This document shows, piece after piece, positions 49,601-62,884 of a DNA stretch of 64,000 nt (positions are counted from its first letter, which is position 1; each line of letters starts with the position of its first letter). A program made the translations under genes and the position numbers. Under the pieces are notes generated by a model. That model searched no databases. It was not told the origin of the DNA and saw only the letters and a list, made by a program, of their open reading frames with translations. The DNA comes from Thalia democratica (lineage: Eukaryota), in NCBI GenBank assembly GCA_965202585.1, contig OZ241826.1, positions 79,918,001-79,982,000 of the forward strand, read 5' to 3'.

Positions 49601-52600
49601 CAAGCGATAAGCGGGAGGGAGACTGCCAAGGATTGGAAAAGGAGCATCAGACATCACGGGAAGAGTCTGAAAGCTCTCATGTCAAAATCGGTGATCATTT
49701 ATCATCAGAACGAGTGCAAATGTGAATGGTGTCTCCAAAACTTTACTTTGTCAACTGATTTCGTTAGTTTTTGATAAACGTTATTTGATAAGGTTTTACA
49801 TCATTTAATGTTCAGAAGAAAACTTTTATGATATGTAATGCACATAAAGTAATATAATTAATCTTTCAGGTAACTTTAGCTAAATATTTAGATGCACTTT
49901 ACTTAATTCAATATTACTTTTAATGTTGTTTTAGATTATTAAAAAACGTTTTTATAGAAAATACTAAATATTTGAAAAAGTAAATTTAAATCAGGGTAAA
50001 TCTACTGAAGACAGGAATAAAATAAGCCACATATTTCCTTCTACCCTCAACAACCAAAACCAAGATGAAGTAGCTACCTGGCAATCGTTGGTTTCGTTGT
50101 TAAGCAACTTCAACATATCCCCGTCACCCGTGATGGGTTTCACCCAAGAAAACTCCCCTTTGTCGATACAAAATTCAACAGCTAATACAAACTCTGCTTT
50201 CACTTGTGTCCGTCCATCAACAAATAAGTTAGTTAATTTTTATTTAACTTTAAAAAAATAAAGCCATTGTATTTCTTAAGTTTAAAAGAAACTTCAAAAA
50301 TCAATGTTTACTTTACCAATTTTTACTTAATAATTTAAACTAATATTTCAGAGCTTCTCAAAACGCAGTCAAAATCGATTTGCAGCAAAATTTTTCACCG
50401 TTAAAACCCGCAAAAAATTATGAAAAAGTTCAGAATTCTTCTGTAAAAAATAAATTTTCACGCAAAAGACCAAATACCGATACTGACCAAGGCATTGGTA
50501 AATATCAGGTAGGAATTTAGCATACTTAATAATGTAAAAAAACTAAAATTCTTATACCAATTTTAATGTTACAGATGGTGTCAAAAATTGATTTTGTTGA
50601 AGGGTATCCAGCAGCTAAAAAGAAGTCAATTCCTAAAAACGGTTAGTTTTAAAGTTTAAACAAACGAAAGCCTAAAACGTAGAAAAAACGTTTTACGATA
50701 CTTTTTATATCATCAAGAACAATATGTGACTAGTGCCTATTTTTTTGCCTTAAAATATTCAAATGTTTCCTTAATTAAATCTATAATAAACAATAAACAA
50801 TAAAATTCATTGTTTACTATCGATGGCATAAAACATCTCAACTTTTTTTATGATGGCCGCAACAAATACTGCCTATATTAAATCTATGATTCGATATTTG
50901 GTGTTTTAAAATTATTGTAAAATTCAATCATTTGCAGAATATATGTCGAATTTAGATGAAAATTCAGTCACCTCTGAATACAACACGTAAGTAATACTAT
51001 TACTTTTACTTTATCTATTGTATAATTATTCAAAGCCGACATTTTAAATATTCAACAATAATTGTTCAAAGTAAATATTTCCATCAACGTTTAAGCTTTT
51101 AAATTTACATTTAAATCGGTGACGTCGTTTATTTTTAAATATATTGTTTGAGTAAAGTCAAAATATTCTCGCACAGAATTTATTTTTTGTAAATTTAATT
51201 GTGTAAAAGTTTTATTTGATTATTGGCTTGTAATAGTTTCTATTTAACGTAAGTAAAAACGTTCTACAAGAAAATAAAGCTATTGTAACAATATTTCAAA
51301 AGAAAAAATATCAAAAAGTTAAAACTTCTTTAAGTTTTTCAAGTGTGAATATTTAAAGAATTTTTATAGTGTGTTCTACTGTATCAATTTGTACTATATA
51401 ATTGAGAAAAAAAAACATTCTTAACAAAAAAACATGAATTGAAGTCATTATGTTATTTACAAAATAGTACTTAAAAACATTCTTGTATCATATTGTTTAA
51501 AAAATAGTGTTGTAATCTATTAAAAAATAAGCTACTAATACAATAACACGCGATGTTCAAATATTTTAACAATTTTCTTTACTAAAACTATAAAACAGTG
51601 CGATTATGTACATTAAGTCAAATTATATTAAATTATTTACAGTTTTGATTTATTTAAAGATTGATGCTGGATTAGTCAAATCTTGTAAAGAACATGGCAG
51701 CTTTATTCGCACAATTGGCGCCAAATTTTCCTAAAAATGTTAAAACAAATTGCAAGTCTCAAATAGAAGAAGATGTCAGCCAATCAGAAAAAAGGTATTC
51801 TGATGAATTCAACCAGAAAAAATCTTTGAAAAACCTAATGGATACAGACTGTTGTGAACCCCAAATAATAAGGTTCTTGAACAATTATTTAGAAGTAAAA
51901 AAATTCTGCAAATTAATATAAAACTAGTTGAAAAAGTTTAATTGTTTTTCATTAAAAAACTTTTAAATCACTACTTTTTTGAACTGATGTTTAATAAAAA
52001 ATATTGTCTAAATTTTACAGCAAAGACGTGAAAAATAAAAGATTAAAAGAACTAGCAACCAAAAAAAGTACAAAAAGATCAAGCAGTGTTCCATTGTAAG
52101 TTTAAACCATAATCACATTGTAATACATACACAAATGAAAAAAAAATGGGTATAATTTATAAAACTCACATACATTTTAATAACTTTCATAATAAAAAAG
52201 TCTATGGTATACATATAAATTATCTATATAAATCATCATCTAAAACAAAAATTAACCTTAATTAGTACACCTTGTTAGTTTTATAAGTAGTTTCAACTTT
52301 TCAGAAACCAAAATGAGCTCACAAAAAAACCAAGAATTTTTCATTCACTGAACAACTTGTAAGTTTAACTAAACTGATTATTATTAGATTTATAAAAGAT
52401 GTGTGTCAACCAGTTACTTTTTGAAAAACAGAAACACTTTTTCGGATTCAGTTTCTGAAAATTCAAACAATCTATTTTCGTTCAAACAACAAGTTGTCAA
52501 ACATCCTTGCCAAAACCCAACAAAAGCTGCTTTGACATTCCAAGAGATAATAGAAGAATGGAGTCTCAAGTCTACTGACAAAGTTAATATAAATAAAACA

Positions 52601-53023
52601 TTTAAAAAATCCGATAAAATGAGTAAATGGAGTTGTGAAATAGTCGGCAAGTACTTAGATGAGATCAACTTGGGACAATATAAACAAGTAAAATTTTAAA
52701 ACTCTGAATTCACCATTTTAATGATACTTTTCAGCCGTATGTAATATTATTTTATAACTTAATAATCTCTGAGAAAAGATGTTTACTTTTATTTAAAAAC
52801 ACAGATTCTTTTATAATTACCATGACAACAGATCTTCCTTGACAACGGCATCAACGGAAAATCCCTGCCCTTAATGCGCGAAAAATCGTGCTTGAGTATC
52901 TTGCAAATGAAACTGGGTCACGCTCACACCCTCATTTCCTCCGTTCACCGCCACTTGGGGTCGTACTTCGTCATCCTCGAAGCTCATCATTCACCCTCCC
53001 CATCTCTTAACGATTCAGGGTAA
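40391..53023 (+). CDS. SAMD11: SAND + SAM domain protein, SAMD11/SAMD7-like, copy 2 (14 exons; in-frame TAG at 51673-51675, so truncated allele or young pseudogene)
   Basis: Exons: 40391-40665, 41749-41853, 42156-42301, 45498-45725 (GC donor), 49542-49762, 49995-50227, 50352-50508, 50575-50641, 50938-50986, 51660-51872, 52021-52095, 52305-52358, 52432-52687 (alternative in-frame acceptors at 52399/52414), 52832-53023. Every intron phase equals copy 1. The only lesion found is GAT TAG where copy 1 has GAT CAG. Confidence 0.8.
45498..45725 (+). CDS. SAMD11: copy 2 exon 4, N-terminal half of SAND
   Basis: Same peptide as copy 1 over the last ~58 codons; donor AAG|GCGAGT. Confidence 0.9.
45937..49015. 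mobile_element. non-autonomous hAT (Charlie/Buster-like) DNA transposon, 3.1 kb, in intron 4 of copy 2
   Basis: TIR caggggtcggca...tgccgacccctg, subterminal gcggcccgcg repeats, 8-bp TSD ttttagcc/ttttagct; no transposase ORF seen. Confidence 0.9.
49542..49762 (+). CDS. SAMD11: copy 2 exon 5, C-terminal half of SAND (KDWK)
   Basis: WMHPNEFQAISGRETAKDWKRSIRHHGKSLKALMSK; donor TTC|GTTAGT. Confidence 0.93.
52432..52687 (+). CDS. SAMD11: copy 2 exon 13, start of SAM (downstream of premature TAG)
   Basis: KWSCEIVGKYLDEINLGQYKQ, donor CAA|GTAAAA; start chosen by homology to copy 1. Confidence 0.75.
52832..53023 (+). CDS. SAMD11: copy 2 exon 14, end of SAM (downstream of premature TAG)
   Basis: IFLDNGINGKSLPLMREKSCLSILQMKLGHAHTLISSVHRHLGSYFVILEAHHSPSPSLNDSG*. 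Confidence 0.85.
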   Translation: MFLDNGINGKSLPLMREKSCLSILQMKLGHAHTLISSVHRHLGSYFVILEAHHSPSPSLNDSG

Positions 53024-56000
53024 AACCCGAGATTAAATCTGAACTACTTTTTGTTGTGTTGTTAAACTGTTTTGCTACGTGCGCGCTTACTTTGATTCAG
53101 CTCTTAACAAGCATTTAACCTTGATTTGTGACTTATTCCTGTTTCTGAAGTTGATAATGATTATTAGATTGGACCATACGAAACTTTTATTAACGCGACC
53201 AGGTCGGAAATTTGATAACATTGCTTTTTGATAATGGTCGTGTAGTGCAGTCTAGTACTTTTTAAATGGTAGCAAAAAATATCTTTGTTTTGCTAAAAAT
53301 AGCTAAAACTACCACTAATAATTTTTTTTTATAATAAAGTACATGTATTATGTTTCTGTTTTGCTGCTACTTATTCATTCGACTTTTTTACTAGTTTGAC
53401 TAGTTAAAAGTGAAGACTATTAATTTAAATAAGACTTTAAATAAAACTGTTTTGTTTTATTCAATACCTTTTTAAATTGAATAGTTAGTGCATTTCAGTT
53501 TTCTATACCAGTTATATTTTAATTTTTAATTAAATAAACATGCTTACAGCAAGTTTGACTTTTTGTTTATATTAATTGTTAATGATGAACTTTGATAATA
53601 TAAAATAAATGTATATATTGTTTATAACTACTTATAGTTCCTAATCTACAAAAAAAAAAAAGTTTTTGTTTTAATTAAAAGAAACCTTCAAGACATATAT
53701 ATAATAACTAGCATACCAGTTTTACCACTAAAAAAAAATAAAAATTAAGGTATAGCAAAAATTTATTTTATATAAAATGTTTAAATTAAAATGAAAGTCA
53801 TTTCAAACACTGACTTGAAACTTTTGTTCAATTAATGCTTTGGATAGACATAACTAAAAAAAGTTGTTTAGAAAAACATGTTTTTAAATCTAACGAGTTT
53901 TCTTTTAGATACACTAATATTAGTTAAAAAAAATAGTTTTCGCAATTTCGTTATGTTTATTTTAAGAATAGCCGTTGGTAATTTTATCTAAGAATTCGAA
54001 CCTAAATGAAAACAACTAAACATCTATCAAGCTTATAGAATTTTATTTTCAAAGAAACGTATATCAAATTCAAAATGAAAAAAAAAAGATTAGATATTGC
54101 GTTAAAAATAGTTTTGTGATTTTCTTCCGGGAAAATAAAAGATATATGGAAATTTGAATTACATTAACCAAAATGACGAAACATTAAACTAAAGTTATAA
54201 AAGTTTTAACTATGCCTGCGCTGTTTATATACGAAAGCTAAAGTTACATGAAAAAAAAAAGAAAATAACACACAGTTTATGTCAAGTTTTATTATAACAA
54301 CAAAGGCTTTAAAACAGTTCAAAAGTATAAATTCAGTATGTATAAATAACAAAAAGATCAAAGAAAAAAGAAATTCTGAACAAAGCAGTTTTTTGTAAAA
54401 AACCTATAACGTTTTAATTGTATAAAAACAAATACTTAGGCTAATTTAAAAGCAAGTTAAGTAATGAGAAGTTAAGCAGTATTTTTTGTAGCCACTAACT
54501 CAAACAAAACTTAGCTACGTTCTGTGTATTAATGCAGGCAACATAGAAATATATTGGCATTGAATCGCGCTACTTAACCGTAATTCGTATGGGAATCATA
54601 GTTCGATCTCCCAAAGGTCCTTTTTGCAAAACTCTATAAATATATGCTTTGAGCCAAGTTATTATTTTAGCGCGCTGTATTTGAAATAGTGGTTTTATTG
54701 AGTCTTAATTTTGCTTGGTGATTTTACAAATAGAAGAAAAATTGAAAAAAATAGCAAAAAATCGGCTAAAACACGTATTAGTCTTAACCTTAAATGAAAT
54801 TAAAGGTTTATCTCAAAGGAAAGTTCCTGTACATTTAGTGCATGATAGGAAATTCCTGACGATTTATTCCCGTTGCATTTTTCTGCGGTCAAGGGCTAAC
54901 TAATGTAAGATGTTTTCCAACAGTTTATGTTAGAAAGCAAAAATGTCAACATATCAATTTCCGACTGTTGAAGTTGGAACAGATAAAATTCCGATAGTTA
55001 CAATTCAACTTGTTTGATTTAAATGATCGCAATTTGAGTCATGTAACTTTAATCGTCCAAATTGAAAAAAATCGTTTCTGCATTAAATTACCCCTCACTT
55101 CAAAAGTAGCAACAATAGAGTATGCAGGTTTATTTTCGTTCTTAGCTGTGCCATCTTCTTAATTTTCAACATCACGTAGGATTATTTATTTTAGCTTTGT
55201 ATTTATCAAAACGAGTTATTTTTACCGTTTCAATATAGAAGCTTTAGATTTAAATAGAAAGTTTCCTTCAATAAAATTGTTTTTATCAAAATGTGTATGA
55301 TGAACTTTTGTTGTTAAAATATATTGTATTTAGAATGTAGTATTAACTTTGATGTAATGCATTCAAAAGAAATGTTAGGTTTAAATTATGTACAGATATT
55401 TTTACATTCATATTTCTTAAAAGTATTTCTTAAACAGTAAAGACTTTAAAGATTTCTTGATATCAAGTAAGTAGTATATAAAAATGTAGGGAAACATAAC
55501 TTATAAATTATAAATGAGTTTTATTTTTAATTTGATTAGTTCGACTTTTAGTATTTATACCTATTTTGTTTTAAATGATAAAAAGTAGAGTAAATTTAAA
55601 ATATTATAGTTGATCTAAATATGGTTAATATAATGTATTTTTGAGTTATTTAAACAAAACAAAATTGCTTTTTTGAGAATGGTAAAGTAGTAGACAATTA
55701 ATATAGCTATTTCTTAACTTTTCAGAAAAAGTAATTTTCAGAACTTAAGAAAATAAATAAATGAAATTAGCTACCTAAAGTTAAATAAACTTAATGGTTA
55801 ATTATTGTGCGTTTATGTTTTATAAGCTTAAACTTATTTATTAAGTTTGATTTTTATATGAATATTTTTTCTGTTAAAGCTAATGAAAATGAATATTAAA
55901 ACCAAGCTCAACAACTATTTTAAAACACCATGGTCTCTTAAGACTTAATTAATAACGTTTAAGACTAATTTCCCTGCAAGAAACACGAAGATTTCAAATT

Positions 56001-56029
56001 GTAAAGAAGACCAAAAAAACTTATTTCAA

Positions 56030-59000
56030 ACCAAAACATCGGAATATTCATTTTGTTACGAAACAGCCTTCATTCAAAAACTTTCTCAACTCTTGATATG
56101 CAATCTTAGATCGCTACACTTATTTCTAATTTATCACAAGAAAGTTGAAAGTGTCTCGGCAGCGATGAGAAGCAACTTATTGAAAAGAGAATACTGTTTT
56201 TGATTGCAAAAGTGGAAAAAATCGACTTTACTTAGACTTGCTAATTAAAAACGTAAAAGTTAACAGTGAATCTTATTACATTTAAACTCTTGTCACGAAA
56301 CAACTGAAGTTGTACGACCGTCATAAGAAGTTAATTTTAACACGCTAATGACCTTCTGCTATTTAAAAATGTCTAATTTGCTTCTTGTCATTAGTGGGGT
56401 TTCGTGCTGGAAGTTGTTGAATGGCATGGTTAGTCTTTAGTTGTAGTTTTCTTCTTTAAACCAGTTTTAAAAACTAAGTTTTTCAATATTAAAAACTGAA
56501 CATTTTAGTTGAAGCAGTAAGCTTTTTTATTTAGAAAAATGTCAATATGCAAAGACATAATGTTTTTTTAATTCACGAAACGAAAAATTAAAGATAGAAA
56601 TTGAAATAAAAATGTTAAAAACGAAGTATGTAACAAATCTATTAAAATCTTTTAATCTTTTAGTTTTAAAGAAATATATTGGCTTTAACCTCATCTTTTT
56701 TTAAGCCATTTTCAGTTACGCATTGTCTAGTTAAAGTCTCTAGTTAAAAAAAAACGCATAATCGACCGTATAGCAAAAGAACTTTATGTGTTAAAAAAAA
56801 GCAATCTTAAAAACCTTTGATCATTTTTATGTAGCTTACAACAAGTTTTATGCCAAAAATTTTTACGGAATGTCTACTTTTAATAGATAATAAAAAACTT
56901 TCAGACATTTTAATATGTTTGCTTTTATTAAGAAAAGCGTGAAACAAAAGATATTTTTTTTATTTTTTCAGTATTAACATGATCCGATTGCTTAGGAGCA
57001 AAATGTCATCAGCTGATTATAATCAATCATCCGTGTCGTGTTATTGGTTGTTGCAGTGTTTGGTATCGGTTTTCATGGTAACAACTTAACTACAGGAAGG
57101 TGTCCTCAGATCACGTAAATCTCTTGAGAAACTATTTGTTTTGGTTTTAGGTTTGTAAAACGTTTTAGTTTGTCTTTAGGACACAGAAAAACTGTGTTGA
57201 CTTGTTTAAAGTAGAATTTTTATAGTTTTAACTTTTAATTTAAGACTCTAATTTACATTTCAATAATTCAGAAAAAATTCAATGAAAAAGTAAGCTACTA
57301 AAGTTATAATTATAGTATTAAAATTATATATAAGTCTTAAAATTAAAATTGGATGAAGGTAGTCTTCCTATTTTGATTGTAAAGACCGGACAGGATAAAA
57401 CAAAAAATCTCTTCGAAGTGTTTGTTTAAGACCGAGACTGATACTTTTGATGGTTTTAACCATTTTTTATTTTTGTTTAATAAAATCTAGCGTACAAATT
57501 TAGATAAATTTTTAAATGTTTGCAGAAAGTAAAATCAACTTTAATATAATCGAAACCATATAAATTAAAACTTTTATAAAATTTACACATATCTTTAAGT
57601 ATATGCTTTAACTTCAGTTTATAAATCAATTTTACTTATCACGCTTAAGAACATTGTATAATGTAAAATTATAAAAGTATCTATAGTAGTTTGTTATACT
57701 AGTTGATTAATAAAACTTTAAATAAAAAAAAGTACACAAAACCTTAAAAACATTCTTACAGAGAATTGTTATACGTTCTATCCTAAATTTGATTTATAGT
57801 TAATTGTAGAGATTTTTATTTAAAACATCTTTTTAAATTATACCTTTCTTTTTATTAAAATAAATTTAAGAGTTAACAGAAAATTGTTGTATTTAATATC
57901 CTAAGAAACATATTCAATCTATAATCCTATGGTGTAAAAGATTACTGAAATGTTTTAAAACTTAATTACGCTTTTTGATTAGAAAACATTCAAAATGAAT
58001 AAAATTACAATGAAGCTGTCAATGTAAGTATAAATAAAAAAAAATTAGTATATTTAACACTATAATACTAAACACATTTTAATGAAGACAACATTTATTA
58101 AATTTTTAATCAATTTTGTCTATATAGTCAGACTTTTTCGCTAACGTAAATGTTTTATTTTGACTGTAAACAGTATATAAAGCAAAATGTTAATTATTGA
58201 AAAGTGTATAAATTAAATTATCTATAAAACATAACTAGTTATTCAAATATTAACTTCATTGCACTTGTCTATATTTTGTTTTAATAATATGCTAGATATT
58301 TTCTGTTTTATTGGTTAACTAACGTTGTATTTAAATACCTTATAGTTATTTATAAGTATATTCTAAGCTTAGTTATAATGTTATAATATTTTTTATTTTT
58401 AAAAAGCAACTTTTTATACCACTTTGATTGAAGTATGAGACATAATATGTTCTTATCGAATAAATTACAGTTTCTCGTACTGCTATCTGATTTTTAACAG
58501 TTTTGCAAGGTTTGGTCTGCCAAACAACGCTCGTTAAAGTTGTCTTTTATTTCCAAGCTGTGTTGTTCGCTTTTAAGTGATTAGTTTGTTTAGCTGTAAA
58601 GATTATCTTATTTAGTAGATCTGTGCTGTTTTAAAATGATTTTGTTTGTATAAATTGTGAAAAGTAAATGAATAAACGCAGATAAAACTCTTAAATATTT
58701 TTGCTTGTACAGTTACGAGTAGTTGTTTATGCATAAAATTTAGGATACGCAAACTTGATAAAAAAATAACTTTTAAAATTTATCTACTAAGTACTGTTTT
58801 TGTTTACAGAACAAAATTCTACTACTGAAAAAAAAATTTATAAAAATATTAATTTTGTTACGGCTTATTATTAACTTATAAATGAGCAAACTATATGTAA
58901 ATAAGTTTCTGCTTCACTTTCCGACTGAAAAATAAAATAAAAAAAACTTAAAAACCTTCATAATCAAATAAAATTCTGAATAAATTAAATTTTATAACTT

Positions 59001-59350
59001 ATCTAATATTTATAACAAACGTATCGTTGTTTTTTTAGTTTCCATTAAATTATTTACATTATTAACTAATAACTTTTATTCTTGGAATGGATAATTAAAA
59101 TAAAATAGATTTTTTTTGTAACTTTCTTGATAAATAACTGCTGAACTTTTTTGTATGAAATTTTTTTATCCTTTGCCTTCGTTTTTGTTTATCAACCCTT
59201 CCAAACTGCCACCCTGATTGACAAAAGGGGCGAGAAAGAATCTCATTGCCAGGACAACGCGTCAATGTGTTTACGGTGCAAACTTGCTCATAAACCTCAC
59301 AAGCATCAGATTAAAAAGGCAATCGAATAATCAAGTGTCATTTTCCCCCT
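56030..59350 (+). repeat. partial copy: modules B3, G and E
   Basis: acgaccgtcataagaag (56314) ~ 39242; gtgttattggttg...tggtatcggttttcatggtaac (57030-57085) ~ 40015 and rc 62890; caaactgccaccctgattgacaaaa...ggtgcaaacttgct (59202-59288) ~ 36260 and 2900. Confidence 0.7.
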
Positions 59351-61282
59351 TTGCTTAATGTTAAACACTCTTTTCTTATGCACTTTTTTCCCTTTTTGTG
59401 AGCATCAAGACTACTCTTTTTACATATCAATCGAGTTTGATTTTTTTATCTGTGCTAAGCAGAATTAAATAAGATTTTTTTCTTTGAATAAAGATTTGAT
59501 TGCTAAAAATATCTTACTTAATACTCTTTTTGCGTGCAAGTAGTTAAAAATTTCAAATATCTTATATTGACAAGTTTATATTTAATTGGTAGTTCTTGAC
59601 AACTTAATTGTAAAGCTGGTAGAAAGAAAAATTAAAGTTTTAGAACTAATTTTGATTGATTAGTTTTCTTCAAACAAAGTTCAATGGCGAAAAAGTTTCT
59701 TATCTTGGCGGTTGTTTAGTATAGCGGTTTTGTATGGCGGCAAAAGTATTTCGTCGTTGCACTGGCAAAATTTATTTTTGTTTAATAATGGATTAAGAAT
59801 AAAACTTTTCTTTTATAACATAAAATTTTGTCAGCTCGATCTATTTTAAAAGTTATAAACTTGTGTGGATAAATCATCATTTATGTTTCTTTAAATAAAA
59901 GCAAATTATTAGATTATTTTTTAAATTTTCAAATTTTTGTGCAAGCAAAATATGTATAAAAAGAAAAATATAATTTTTATCGTTTTTATTCAGAGTAAGG
60001 TTTGAAAGTACCATTAAAATTACCGGCAGAAATGTTTATTAGTTATAAACAAAAATAATTTTCTAATCCTTAACGACATTCAACAATAAACAAAAACTTT
60101 CAATTAGTTATTATCAAAATAGTAAGAAAAGACAACTTAAATACATTATGAAAAACTTAAAATTACAGTATTTTATAAAGGTACTTTGTTACCAGACAAT
60201 ATACCACTATGTGGTAGTATAAAGTTACGGAGGAAAAGTTATCAGTTCAGTTTAATAGTTTAGAATTCATTGAAATTTAAAATATTGTTCGTTTCAGACA
60301 AGTGTATTTTATTTCCAAAAGAAATACCGAAAAATAGACTTCAGACTTTGTACTCAACCCTTCAGTTAACTAAAAATTAAAAACAAAAGGCAAAACAATT
60401 AAAATAGTTGGTAGTACAAAAAAAATAAAAGTCAACAGTGGTTACTAAGAGTAGATTATGAAAGTTTTAAAAGCAGTTTTTAGAATTTTTTTAATTAGTA
60501 TTACACAAAAAAAATCATTCTTTTTAATTATCAATTTGTAACTTCCTAAATATTTCTTTTTGCATAACGTTTTAACTGTTTCAAAGATTTTTTTGAAATT
60601 TTGCCTGGTTTCAAAAAAAAAAAATTTTTTTTTACTTTTTGTGCACATGTTGACCGATTAAATCATTCGATTACATTACATCAATCTTGTGCACAAGCAA
60701 GATAAATCGATAAACTAATTGGTAAAATTGAGAAGTCAAGCCAAAAATGCAGTTTATTTCCGGGGTTTTAATGCTGAACCAAACTAAATATAAATATAGC
60801 AGAAAAAGTTTTCTAGGGAGTATTGCTGCACAAAAATAAAAAACTGTAAAGTATAGGTAGATAAAACACTTTAAAAGATTTATTTTTGTCGACTGATAAA
60901 GATATTTCATCAATAAAGTTACTTTTTACTTAACGTGCTTTAAGTATTTTTATAAAACTTTTATTAAAAGATTATTAAGTATAGATATTAGAATTTGTAA
61001 ACAAATACACACTAAAAACAATTCAGTTAAAGCATTTATGTCATTTTTTATAGCCAAAGAATAGCTTAATATTAGTAATTCCTAAAATTTTGTAAGCTTT
61101 AGTTATTTAGAATTTGTAAAACTTGAAACATTTGCTTAAATATATTACTTACTATTTTTTATTTATAGGAAAAAAAAGCGTTCGACTTGAACAAAAACCT
61201 AAGGTATTATCAACTTTAAGTTTCTAGTAATTTAAGATTACTTGTTACAGATAACAGCAATTTAAGTGGTTTTACGACCGTA

Positions 61283-61284
<2 letters not shown>

Positions 61285-61331
<47 letters not shown>
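61285..61331. repeat. (AT)n microsatellite
   Basis: About 23 uninterrupted AT units. Confidence 0.97.
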
Positions 61332-61337
<6 letters not shown>

Positions 61338-62884
61338 TGTGTTGTTTATCAAACGAAAAAAAATACGCTTAAAATGTTTTGTCCAAAAATCTTTTGGTTA
61401 TCAAGTTGTACACCAGAACAGTTTAACGTCATGTTCAGGATAAAGCCTGGAAGTATAAATAAAGTCAAACAAAATCCAAATCATATCAAGCTATTTTTAC
61501 CAGAAAAATTCCTATCACCCCACCGTTCAAAATCCCCTCAATTCGTAAGTAATCTTTGCAGCACGATTTCACAACTTATCCATCACCTGGCTTGAAAAGA
61601 AGCTGAACGAATAGTCAAGCTCTTAAGGGTCTTTGCAAAATAAATTGTTGATATTTTTGTGTTCGTACGCCGGTTTTGCTCGTTCGCTAGTGTTTGAGCC
61701 GAAAAAGCGGCGAACAAAAAACTAGTATATCAAAATTCGTTTCTTTTGTCCGTTTGTAATGGCGATAAAGCTTTTGAGAAATTAGAGCGCTGCTTCTTAG
61801 ATAAGTACAGAGCTTTTAATGATTTTTTTCACAAAGATTTTATTCAATAAACTATTTGTGTAAATTAGTTTGTGTTCACTTTTTGACTTTTAGGTTAATT
61901 AAAATACATTGTAACTGAGTAAAAACTTAAATATAAACCTATTTCCTGTTTTTATTGTTAATGTCAAAATTTTCCCAATGCATTGTGAAGCTAACTTGAA
62001 TAACAAAATATTTCAAATATTGGTCGTAAGTGACCAGTAGTTATACAATAAGATATACAAGACACACAATTTCGATAGCTTTTTCTTTCACTATTTCTAA
62101 ATTGTTAGTTATGATGTACGCGAATAACTAAACAGTAACAGTCCCTTTTTTTACTAATGAGTTACTAACTATTACATAATTTAATTAATGATATAAAAGC
62201 TGTTTTAGTTTTTTGATATTTTATTAACGTTAAAGTTAAATATAGTAAGTAAAAATACATATTTTCAGCGGAAAAACTTAAGTTATACTCTAAGTAATTA
62301 TTAAAGCATAAGTTTTGGAAAAAAAAAGATTGTAAAAGTTAATTTAAAAAGTATGAATTTTAAACTAATATTTTTAAAATGTGTTTAAACTTTGTGTATA
62401 CAAGAAAATATTAAATGTACAGAATATAAAAAAAACTTGTATAGTTTATATTCTTAGCTTAATTAAACTTTATAGTTTCTTAGTAGGATTTTGATGAAAA
62501 CACTTTTTAACTCATATACATATTTTTAAGAATAATCTAAGAAAATGAATTCAAGGTGATCAAACCAAATAATAAATTTATTAAAACTTAAAAACTAGAC
62601 TACATTTAGTAGCAAAAACTTGCTGTATTAAATTTCAAGTATATAACAATCTCAATAAATAAAAAAAAAACAGCTAAAAAAAATTGATTTATTTATAAAT
62701 TGTTCAGTTTCTAAATATTTTAGTTTGGAGGATTAATCTAATTGCCACTGAGGCCTTGAATACTAAAGCCAGAATGAAAATTGCTTGGATAAATTTATTG
62801 AGCATCATTTAATGTTCTGAATCTCCAACCGTTAAGGCCATCTTTTTTTGTCTGATCGTCACTGAATTGTTCTATAAAAACTAA

